Source: Ureaplasma parvum serovar 3 str. ATCC 27815
GTDB taxonomy: Bacteria > Bacillota_I > Bacilli_A > Mycoplasmatales > Mycoplasmoidaceae
Reading direction: 5' to 3'
Assembly: GCF_000019345.1 (NCBI RefSeq)
Contig: NC_010503.1
Span: forward strand, 540,001 to 572,000
Length of the DNA: 32,000 nucleotides
Below, piece after piece: positions 10,255 to 21,600 of the stretch. The position numbers and the translations under genes were made by a program. The notes below the pieces were generated by a model. The model made no database searches and was not told the DNA's origin. It saw only the letters and a program-made list of their open reading frames with translations. The first letter of the stretch is position 1. Each line of letters opens with the position of its first letter.

Positions 10255-13200
10255 TTAATTAGTTGTTGTAAATGAATAATCATTGTGTTGAGGATTATCT
10301 TTTTTTGCTTGATTACGGTTATAAATTTCGTTATTGTTATTAGCAAAATTTCATTTATAAGTTAAATAATTTGGCTTTTCACTAAAGTAAATACGATTGA
10401 TATAGTATTTTGTATTCGGTTCTAAATTATTAATTTTATTTTCTGATATTAATCATGATGTTAAACCTGTTTGTAATTCTTGATGTTTATTAGGGTCAAT
10501 ATGATTTTTAATTAATCCATCAAATTCTTTATCTGTTTTCGAAAGTGTGATTTGATAAGGTCCTTTAATATTTCCTTTATCATCAATTAATTCTAAATTA
10601 GCAACTAAACCATCATGAAAAGCTTGGTCGTGGGAAATTAATTCTAAATTAAGATTAACTTGGGTTGGTGAAATGTTTTTAATATACTTATTTTCTTTAT
10701 TTTCATTAAAATCACTTGCAGTTGTTAAAATCGTGTTTTGACTTGGACGACAACGAATTGTTATAGAGCTTTGATTAAAAATTGTTCAAGTATTATCATC
10801 GTTTAAAACTTCTATTCGTTCAAAATTATATTCTCGATTAGCAATTGGTAATGGAATTTTAACATACATACGGTTTTTTAATTTAAATAAAAGATTTTCT
10901 CTATTAATTATTTGATCACTACTACCAATATCATTGCTATAAGCCATAAACTCTTTTTTTGTGCCATCAACTGTTGTATAAGAAAAAACAAAACGTGCTT
11001 TTTTATTTACTAATCAAGGATATTTAACATTTAAAATAAATAATTTCACTTCACAAACTGGATGATTAGTTTTTTTATCAACATCAAGTGTGTTTTTTAG
11101 ATATTTTTCCACCAAAGCTATTGATAAAGGATTTTGTAATTCAAAATTATAAGTAATTTGATTTAATTTATGTTTTTCATCTAAATTATTTGGATTATTT
11201 TTATCTAAATAATAAATATTATCTAGTTCATATAATGTAGCAGTTTTAATGTCATCAAACTTTAAATTAAATTCGATCATTCACTTATTTATTTCATTTT
11301 TAATTGGTGTACAACTAATAGCGTTAGTTTTAATTTTTTTGACAATCTTGTTGTCTTTGTATTTAAAAGTTGCAGCAAATGTAAGGTTTTTTAGAATATT
11401 AGAGTTGGCTTTTAATTCAACTTTTAATTTAATATTAGCTTCATTTTTACGTTGAAAATAATCTTCTTGGTTTTCTAATGGTAATAATGCAAAATTATTA
11501 TTGATTGTCAAAGGTTGATTTTTTTCTTCTTTTGTATCATCATAAATAATATTAGTATCTAAATAACCAATATTTACAATTGCTTTAGGCGGCTTTTGAT
11601 CAAATTCAATTTTATTAATAAAAGATGTTTTATTTAATTCTAAATTATCTAATCGAGCTGTTAAATATTTTTTATTATTTTCAGCCACTACATGAGCTTT
11701 TGTAATTTTATTATCATCATAATTAATAGTTGCACTCATATTTGTATTTAAAACATTGGCTTCATCACTAATTTCAAACTTTATATTTGTTGAATTAATA
11801 CTATTTGGTGATCGCGGTTCTTCAACTAGTGAACTTGTTAAAACTTTAACTAAGGGTTTTTTAATAATCACTTTGTTAATTTCTAAAATATCATCTAAAT
11901 TCGCAATATTGTTATTGACTGTTAGTTTATTATCAACAATTCCAATTAATGTATATTTATGATTTGGCGCAAATAAAGTATTATCATTTGTCTTTAGTGT
12001 TATTTTTTTATTAACATCTACTATTGCTTGTATTGTTTTTATTTCATTGGTATTATCAATTTTGAATCTAAGTTCAATCTTTTTATTAATTAAATTTGCA
12101 TCGTTAAAATTTATTGTATAATCCCCGTTTTTTAAATAATTAACCACTATATTTGGTCTATTAAGAGTTTGTTTTTGATTGCTAGATAAATCAAAATTGT
12201 GTACGAATTCAATATTTTCATCACTAGCAGAAACAATTTTTTCTAATCGATACTGGTTTGGTTTTACTAATTTTCCAATATCAAAACAAATCTGACCATC
12301 ATTATCAACTTTAGCTAATAATTTATGTAATTTATGATTTTGATCTTTAAAAATCCCATATACTTGTTGGTTAACATAATATGGCGCTACTTTAGCAATT
12401 AAATTAATATCACCATTTTTTGTATACTGATATGGTTGGTTTAAACTATTAACATTTAAATTGTTAATAGTTTTATTATGATATGCGATATTAACTGGAT
12501 TAATAACTTTAACTAAAGGATGCGTGTTATTTTTATAAATGTTAACTAATTCATAGAAGTTATTATTTGCTAATTTACTTACATCAAAATCAACATTTCC
12601 TTCTACATCTACTTTAGCATCAATACTATAAATTTGATTATTTAAATCTTTTAGTTGCAAACTAAGAGAAGAATTAAATAATCACTTTCCTACATTTATT
12701 CGGTATATTTTTTGATTATTTTGGTTAATAAAAGAAGCTGTTTTAGGTGGTTTACTAATCATAATTTGATGTTCAATCGCTAACTCATTTTGTTGAATTA
12801 AAACGTGATTGTAATCAGTTTTGTCAAGAATTTTTACTAAACGATAATCATGATTATTTGCTAATTTTGATGTATTAAAATAAGCAACTTTATCTTTAAT
12901 AGTTGGTTGTATGTAATGATATTGATGCTTTTCATCAACAAAAACACCCATAATTTGCGGATTCTTTTTAGCTTTGTTTTTTAAATTAACTTTAATAACA
13001 ATATCACCAGTATTTGAATATTCATTGGTTTTATCTATCTTAGATAAAGTTAAACCAATTATGGAATTAGACAATTTATTTTTTTGTAATCGATAAACAT
13101 TACCTTGTGGTAAATGGTTATTAATCTCGGTTTTAAGATCTTTTTTATTATGAATTTTTAATCAATAGGAATCATTATTTTGATCTACAAAAATAATTGA

Positions 13201-13332
13201 ATTCTCCTTATCATAAAGTCTTAAAACAATTCCAACTATGACAGCTGATCAACATAGATTTAAACATATTAAAAAAGAAGCAATTTTAATATGCTTTTTT
13301 CAATGTATTTTCTTATTATTTTTCATTTTCAT
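10255..13332 (-). CDS. DUF1410-like repeat surface protein with N-terminal membrane anchor (about 1025 aa)
   Basis: ORFs 11014..11280, 11281..12660 and 12682..13074 share one frame. The 3' part was read through to TAA at 10255..10257 with only TGA codons inside. N-terminus MKMKNNKKIHWKKHIKIASFLICLNLCWSAVIVGIVLRLYDKE resembles that of the 18..3938 product. Confidence 0.85.
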
Positions 13333-13381
13333 ATTAATATTTATTTTCTAAAACGATTCAACATAATTTAATTAAAACACA

Positions 13382-13398
13382 TTTTTTTTTTTTTTTTT
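13382..13398. repeat. Homopolymer T17 (A17 on the - strand) upstream of the - strand DUF1410-like gene
   Basis: Uninterrupted run of about 17 T in the 310-bp divergent intergenic region, 50 bp upstream of the ATG at 13332. Confidence 0.9.
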
Positions 13399-13642
13399 GA
13401 ATTTATTTTGTGTAAATACCAATATTTCATAAATTACTACACTAAAACCCTTTTATAAAAAAATATTAAGCAAAAGCATATGAAACAATAATTCAACTTA
13501 AATAATAGTGCTAATCTAATATTTTAAATTGTGTTGGGAAGTTAAAAATTTAAAATATGATATCATTTATACAGTATTTTTGGACAATTTAAAAAAAGTA
13601 AAATTGTTGGAATTTAAAAATAAATAAAGGGAGAGTAGAAAT

Positions 13643-15262
13643 ATGATAAAAAAACATATTAAAAAAATAGTAATTGGAGCTTTAAGTACACTAGCGTTCA
13701 TCACAACAACAGTTGTAGCAACAGCTTGTGCAAAACACAATAATTCTGTTACTAAAAATAATGAACCAAACGTTAATGTTAAAGATGAAATAAGTTCTTC
13801 TAATAGTGAATTAAATGATTCACATTATTATTGAAAAGCGCCTAAATCTGATACAAGCGAAGGTTTTCAAACAATCCATAAAAGTATGGTCGAAGATGGA
13901 AAACGTGCATTTTTATTACCAGGGTTTTCACAAAGCAATTATCTACAAGACGCAATAAAAAACGCTAAATTTGATAAAAATGCTGTTGGTTTTTTATTAG
14001 ATACAGTTTATAATGCAAATAATGATCCTTCTTTATTTGATGGTGCAAATCGTGTTGCAAGTGTTTATTTTAAAGTTGATGATGCTGCTTTTTTAGGAGG
14101 GATTGCTGCCGCTTATATGCTAAATGCAAACCAAAACATTTTTGCAACAGATGGCCAACTTAACTGGGGAGGATATGTTGCTTTAAATGCTAAAAACACT
14201 ACTAATTATTTAGCAGGATTTGCCTTGGGTATTGAATGAGCAAACAAGCATTTAGCAAACAAAAAAGTATTACAAGAAGGAAGTAGTGAGTCTAAAACAT
14301 GAATCAAAGTAAATGAGGTTCAAGCTTCACAAAGTAGTGCTGGAGGATTTGATGAAAATAATGAAAATGCTAAAAGAATCCTTAAGGAACTAATTTCTAA
14401 AAAAGCTGATTTAATTTTACCAGTAGCAATTACCCAAATGAGTTTAGCAGTTAATGAAGCAATTAGCACAACTTCACACAAAGTAGCAATAATAGGCGTA
14501 GATACTGAACAAGAAAACGATAAGACAATTAATAAAGAAGCAAATACTTTTAAAAATACTAATATAAGTGGAAATAAAAATGGCGTTATTCGTTTTTCAA
14601 TTGTTAAACGATTAGGAGTAGCAATTGAAAAATTACTAGAAAACGCTGTAAATGGTACTCAATTTCAAGGACATGTTAACAAAATTGGTGATGAAATTGA
14701 TGTTCACGATAAATATAAATTAGGTGTAAACACTGTAGGTTCACTAGTTGATGGTGTAGTAGGAATCTCAGAATCTGCTTATCACTATTTAATTGATGCT
14801 TTTAATCTAGCACAAACAGATGAAACTAATAAAGTAAGTACATATGACCAATTAGTTCAAAAAATAATCCAAGATCCTTTATTTAAAAGTTTAAACCAAG
14901 ATCCTAAAATTGATGGATATATAAACCCTAAAAATCTTGCTAACGCTAGGGGTAATGAAGGTGAATTAATAAATGGAAAAACAATTAGTCCAGAAGCAAA
15001 TGGGGGAACCATTTATAAAGCAACAAATGGTTCATATTATTACTATCCTGTTGCTAAATCAACATATACTGCACAAAATGCCTCAACTATTTTTAAAGAA
15101 ATATGAGATAAAGCTAAAAATGATGATGACAAACGTCGTTTAGTTGGTTTAATTTTATCCTTCGCAGGCGCAAATGTTAAAGATGGAGGATATTCTGAAA
15201 TTAGTTATGATGGCATGTTAGGTTTTTACGCAAAACATGGTATTAAAATTCCAAAATTATAA
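13643..15262 (+). CDS. BMP-family (basic membrane protein / PnrA-like) lipoprotein, probable ABC-transporter substrate-binding protein (539 aa)
   Basis: Joins ORFs 13643..13834, 13886..14239 and 14438..15106 through TGA(Trp). Signal peptide/lipobox [35 protein letters not shown]-like segments [65 protein letters not shown] and [27 protein letters not shown]-like sequence upstream. Confidence 0.85.
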
Positions 15263-15348
15263 TCATCTAACATTTATATATAATTTTAATAAAACTATTC
15301 TGTTAACAAAATATATTCAGTATAAATATATCCATTTTTAATTTTTAT

Positions 15349-15385
15349 AAAATCCAATACCTTAAGTATTAAGGTATTGGATTTT
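15349..15385 (+). terminator. Strong rho-independent-type terminator downstream of the BMP-family gene
   Basis: Perfect 17-bp inverted repeat AAAATCCAATACCTTAA (15349..15365) / TTAAGGTATTGGATTTT (15369..15385), 3-nt loop, followed by T. Confidence 0.9.
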
Positions 15386-15521
15386 TGTGTTATATAAATC
15401 TATTTTTAGTAAATAAGCATTTAAAATACTATATAAAAGCGTATTTAAAATGTTTGTAGCACTTCAATAAAGAACAAATTTAATTTTTAATTAAAACAGA
15501 TTTTATAATTTATAACTAAAA

Positions 15522-15549
15522 GTCTACCTTCTTTTTATAAAAGGTAGAC
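15522..15549 (-). terminator. Terminator downstream of the giant - strand gene frame
   Basis: Inverted repeat GTCTACCTT (15522..15530) / AAGGTAGAC (15541..15549), with TTTTAG following the stem on the - strand, 45 bp past the TAA at 15594..15596. Confidence 0.65.
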
Positions 15550-15593
15550 AATTTAATTTATGATTTTTTCTAATGTTTATTTTTGAATAATTG

Positions 15594-18500
15594 TTACAAT
15601 CAAATTATTTTTGTTTTTTTATCATTTGGGACTAATGCAATTTTTGCATTATCTTTTTTATCATTTGCTCTTCAATATTTAATACCATAAAATTGATATC
15701 TTGAAGATTTTGGCATTTTATCTAAAAGTAGTTGAAATTGGCCAGGAGTATTATAATTTTTGTTAACATTATTTTCAATTATTCCAACTGTTGTATTATA
15801 AATTTGACCATTATCTAAATTTTTGTACATAACTTCACCAAAAATAGAATCATTTTGATTATTCATATTATTAAAAATAAGTTTTCTAACACTTCCACTA
15901 AAACTAACATAAGTATAACTTGTATTATTTGTAGTATAAATGTTATGATCAACATTCGTAATATCTACTATTCCAGCATAATTACTTGTATTAGAACTTT
16001 TGTATATAACTGAACCATTTTTATTAGTATCATAAAAAATATTATCTCAATCATTATTTATGTTTTTATATAGGTAAGAATTTGGTTTATTTTCAAATTT
16101 TACAATTCTTAATTTATATTCATTATTTTGATCATTTATATTAATATTGTTAATATGAATTTGTAATTTAGGTTTACCATTGTCATTTACAATTTTAATT
16201 ATTGGATTATCATCAATTTTATTGGTTGATAAATTTTCCACAATAGCACGAATTTTATATGAATTTAATAATGATTGAGAAAATCACTCATCATCATTAG
16301 TAATATTAAATTCCATTATTCTTGATCAAATTTGTTTTTTTTCATCAAAATTTGTAATATTTTTAAAATTAGTTAATTTTGTCACACTTGGTTCAACAAC
16401 AAATGTTTTATCATTTAATTTACTAATATCTATTGAAGTAATATTATTAGTATTATGATTTATTTTAATAATATTTTTTAAAGTATATTCACGATTATAA
16501 GTTAAATTTTCAATATTAACGCTATAATCTTCTTGATTTTTATTTAAAGTTAAGCTTACTTCTTTTTTAGAAGTTGAATTATTGTATCTATACTCTAATA
16601 CTAATCTATCACCATCATTGTAATCTTTTATATCCTTAATTTTTAATTTAATAATTCTTCTTCTTAAATCATTAGTTTTTTCATAAGTAATTGATTCGAT
16701 ATATGGATCAATACCTTTAGTTAAAATTTTATTTTGATTTTGTTCAATAATGTTAATGTTTGTGTTTAATTCTGTATCAAATAGATCATTGCCTGTTGGT
16801 CTTGATAATTTTATTGTAGATAAAATGTATTCTGTATTTGGCTCTAAATTAGATATTTCTCCTTCAAGAATCCATTTATTATCTTTTCTTACTAAATTAA
16901 TTGTTTGTATAAATGTCTTGGTACTATCACTAACTTTTTTAAATACCAATTGGAATTTAGAATTTGTATTTAACATTGTTCCATCATTAGTAGTTGTAAT
17001 TTCAAAAGCATACTTTGCACTATTAATTGTTGGTTGATCCCAATTTCCGTATTTTTTTGCATTATATATTGCTCAATTTGTTTTAAAATTAGTATTCTCT
17101 AACGTTCTTCTTTGTGCATCATTAATTGGTGAAATAATTTTATTACCATTTACATCTTCATAAGCTTTGTTTGGTTTTTTAATCATTCTTATTTCTTTTA
17201 TGTAATATTCACTTCCTTCATCAAGATTTACTAAATCATGTTTAATATTTGCGTATAATCCATCATTTCTTGAATCAATGATTGACATTGTATAAACTTT
17301 CATTTTATCTTGATTGTTTGGATATTTTTTATTAGCAAAAGTTACAACTATCTTATCGCCATTTTCTAAAATTTTATCTAATGATTCTAAACCTAATCTA
17401 AATTTAGCAGTAGTTATGCCAATATTTGATTTTCACAATTGATTTTCATCGCCTTCTGTTTTAAATGTTACTGCAGTTGGTGCATGATGATATATAAATG
17501 AATCAGCAATATTATTTGAATTTAGCAATTCTTCAAAGATATTATTATTTGAAATTAAAATCTTTTTGAAAGAATATTTTCTATTAGGAGTTAGTTTACT
17601 AATATCAAAATTATAACTAGTTTTATTGTTTGATAAAGTTAGTTCATTAGTTTCTCATTCTTGATGATTGTTATCTTCATATACTAATTTAATTTTTTTG
17701 TTAATGTAATTAGAATTAATTCTTGAAAATTCTGCTTTTATTGTTCCTATCACTCTATTAGGATTAACAGCATTTTCTTGTATATTGTAATAAATATCAT
17801 TATTTGATTCTAATTTCAATAATTTTAGTTTATCAACTAATGTTTTGAATTTAGTATCTAGATTACCTCCATATATTACATTATTTTTATTTATTGTTAA
17901 CATTCATTTAGCTAAATCTGGCTTATTTTTAAATTTAGCTGATGTGAATCTATATTCTGTTTCTGGTTTTAAATCAGTTAAATTTCATTTAATTTTAGCA
18001 CTATTTTTATTTGCACTTACTTCACTTAATACACCATCAATTTTTTTAATTTCTGATGGATTTGATGTAGATACAAATGTAGCTTCAACAATTTGATTAT
18101 TTTCAAAAACTTGATCAGTTGAATTAACTTTTACATTTATAGTAGCACTATTCTCAGTTAAATTTGTTACCCAATTAGAATAATCGATAGATAAATTTGT
18201 ATTATAAGGATTAATACCAAATTTATGACTAACACCATTAATACTTAAATCATTAAACACTGTATTAGTATCTTTTGAATCAGTAATTTGAGCTTTAAAT
18301 AATTTATATTCACGATTAGTAATCAAATCCTTATCAAGAACTAAATCGTAAATCTTTTTATTATTTTCCAATGTAACTTCTTTTGTTCAAACAATTTGCT
18401 CATTATTATCCTTATAAGCTAATTTAATTTTTCTACCAGCATAATTATCATTAACACCAGAAACGGTTAATTTAATTGTTTGGGTTGTATTATTAATATT

Positions 18501-18650
18501 ATCGTTTGAAGTAATATTTACAATAGTTGTTGGTCCTGATATCGTTCTGAATTTATAATTTTCATTATTATTAATAATAATATTTCCAGGTAATAAATTT
18601 TCATATGCTAAACGTGGTTTTTGAACAAATTCAACTTTTAATAATTTATA
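15594..18650 (-). pseudogene. Downstream remainder of the giant DUF1410-like gene, separated from the upstream part by an in-frame TAA; no intergenic region
   Basis: Same frame as the upstream part; ORFs 15672..15866, 16047..16241, 16326..16976, 17073..17303, 17655..17903 and 17985..18371 join via TGA(Trp). The frame stays open with DUF1410-like modules from directly after the TAA at 18651..18653 down to TAA at 15594..15596. Confidence 0.7.
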
Positions 18651-21600
18651 TTAAGTTTGCTCATTTAATGTGGCCCCTGTTTCAACATTGATTGTAGCTA
18701 CAGTTTTATTAGAATTAACTTCACTAATTTTTCTAGTCCATTGACTTATTTGACCATTATTTTTATTTTCAAGATATACGATAACTGATTGATTAGTTTC
18801 AAATATTTGATCAACAGATTTTAATTTTATATTTAACTCAGCACTATTATACGTAATATTTAATGGAGTGCTCCATTCGATGCTTGTTGTTGATGGGTTT
18901 CGTTTAAAACTATTATTTACAGTATTTTGTTTTTTTAAATCAATATATTGAGAATTATTTTTATCATCATTAATTTGTATTTTAATAAAAGTGTAATTTC
19001 TATTAGCTATCAGACCACTTAGAGTAAAATTATATTTTTGCATACCTTTTTTTAAATTAACTATATTGCTTTCATATAATTCGTTATTTTGATCACGATA
19101 AATTAATTTTACTCGACGCCCATTATATTGATCATTTACTCCAGAAAATGTTGCATTAATTGTTTGAGAATCAACATTAATTTCATTTGTTGATAACAAT
19201 TCATTTAAAATTGAAGGCCCAAATTGGGTTGTAAATGAAATATTTCTTTTATTTTCAATAGAAACATCTAAATCTTCATAAACATTGCTTGGTTTTGTAA
19301 TATTAATTGAATTTAATACGTATGTTGAATTTGGTTCTAAATTATTTATTTTACCTTTAATTAATCATTTCCCATTTTCTTTTAATAAGTTAACATTTAC
19401 TTGTTTTAAAGTACCACCATTTTTATTAAATGTTACCGTTGCTGTTGCATTTGCATCTAATTCTCCATCATTATCATCTGTTTTTAGAAGAAAATTAAAT
19501 TCAGCACTTGTATCTGAAGGATTTGATCATTCGCCATTTTTAGAAATTATAGTGTGTGATTTGTTTATTTTAATTTGATAATTAATGTTATTTAATTTTG
19601 GTAATTTATTACTTTCAACAATTGTATTTGAATTATTATTTACTAAATAATACACATCAACTAATGAATATAACTTATTAGCTTTTAAATTATTTAAAGT
19701 AAATCTAATTGATGTCTTTCCGTCATTATTTACTAAAGATGACCCATTAATAACATTAGTTTCAATAATATCATTATTTGTTGATTTGAATTTAGCTATA
19801 AATCTTAAATTATGTGCTATTTTAGGATTAATTTGCAATCCAAGATCTACATCGATATTGTTTTTTTGATTAGCGTTTTTAACAACTATTTCTTTATTTA
19901 TTGGACCATTAACAATAATATCGTTATTAATTTCTAATTTAGGTATTGAATCATTATTATAAATGATATTATTAGATTTATCAATTCCAATATTTTCAGC
20001 TGCTATACTTGGTTTATTATTAAAACTAATATTTACTATATTTACTTTATCATTAAAATTTAAATCAACTAAAGTAGCAGTTAAATATTTGATATTACCA
20101 CTTACAGTAATAAATCCCATTGCTTGTTTATTATTACCATAAACAATAGTAGCTTGATCTTTATCTCTAAGTACATTATCTGGATCGTTTAAATTAATTT
20201 TAATAATAGTAGATTTTAAATTAGTTGAGGCTCGATTACTAATTTCTTCAATATTCAATACATTTATGGCGCTTGTTCTTGTTGTAATAAAACTATTTGT
20301 TAAATTACCTTCTTTTGGGAAATCTGAAACATTATTATTATCAATCAATTTTACATCAATTAAGGTATATGTCCGATTACGTTTTAAATTATTTAACAAT
20401 ATATTATATTGTGTTTTATTAGATTCAATTAATACCTCATTAGTATGAATTGATTCACTAGTATCATTTGATTTATAACTTAGTTTTATTTTCTTTCCAA
20501 CTCATGATTTTTTAACTCCACTAAGTGTAAAATTAATTGTTTGCGAATTTGTGTTAACGTTATTACTTGATGTAATATTTATTAATTTGTGGTCGCCAAC
20601 TTTCGTTGTAAATTCATAATTTGAATTAATAGAATTTGTGTTATCTAAAATAACATTATTTTCACTATTATTGATATTATTTTTGGCTTTTGTTGGTTTG
20701 TTAACAAATTGGATTTTAACTAATTTATAAGTTGTTTCTTCTTTAAAATTAACACTATTACTTAAATCATGCGCTCAAGTTCCTTCTTTGAAATCACTAG
20801 TTACATCTTTTAATGGTCTTGTGTATTGTAACCATGTATTAGTATCTCTAATTGTTTCTTTAGGAGCAAATCATGCAACTACTTGTTGATTATTTTCTAA
20901 AATTTTATCTTCTGATTTAATTTTGAAATTAAAATTAACACCACGCGTCCCAACAATTGTAGCACTACTATCATTTCATTGAACTGTAGTATTTTTTGTT
21001 TGAGTAATAAATGTATTTGACACACCATTTAATTTTTCAAGATCTTCAAAATTATTAGTATTAGAAATATGATTTATTTCAATTTTTTCAAACCTATATT
21101 CTCGATTTGAATTTAAATTTGATAACAATAATTGATAGTCATTTTTACCTTTTTGTAATGTAATTAAAGAACTTTCATAGATAACATTATTATTATCTTT
21201 ATAAACTACTTTAATCTGACGTCCATTATATTTAGAGTTAACTCCTGATAACGTTACATTAATAGTTTGTTGAGTATCATTAATAGTATCATTTTGAGTT
21301 TGAATAACTTTTAAAACCGGATTTCCAGTTTCAGTAATTAAACTTATATTTTCTTTATCATTAATCGATACAGATAAATTAGTGTGAGTTTTTAATGGTT
21401 TACTTAATTCAATATTTTCTAATTTATATTTAGTTTCTGGATTTAAATTATCGATTTGACCTTTGATTAATCAATCATTATTTTCTTTAATTATACGAAC
21501 TATTTTTTGCTTAATATTATTATGTTCATCTTTAAATTTAACAGTTGCATCAATGTTATTTAAAACATCATTATCATCTTGAGTTTCAATTTTAAATTCA

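Noticed and set aside
13600-13620. Possible regulatory hairpin upstream of the BMP-family gene (ACAATTT...AAATTGT)
   Set aside because: The stem is only about 7 bp of A/T-rich sequence and is expected by chance at this composition. No regulatory class is recognisable.
13400-13642. tRNA, riboswitch or small RNA in intergenic gaps
   Set aside because: I could not assemble a cloverleaf or recognisable conserved motif in the 13333..13642, 15263..15593 or 10102..10254 gaps beyond the simple terminator hairpins listed.
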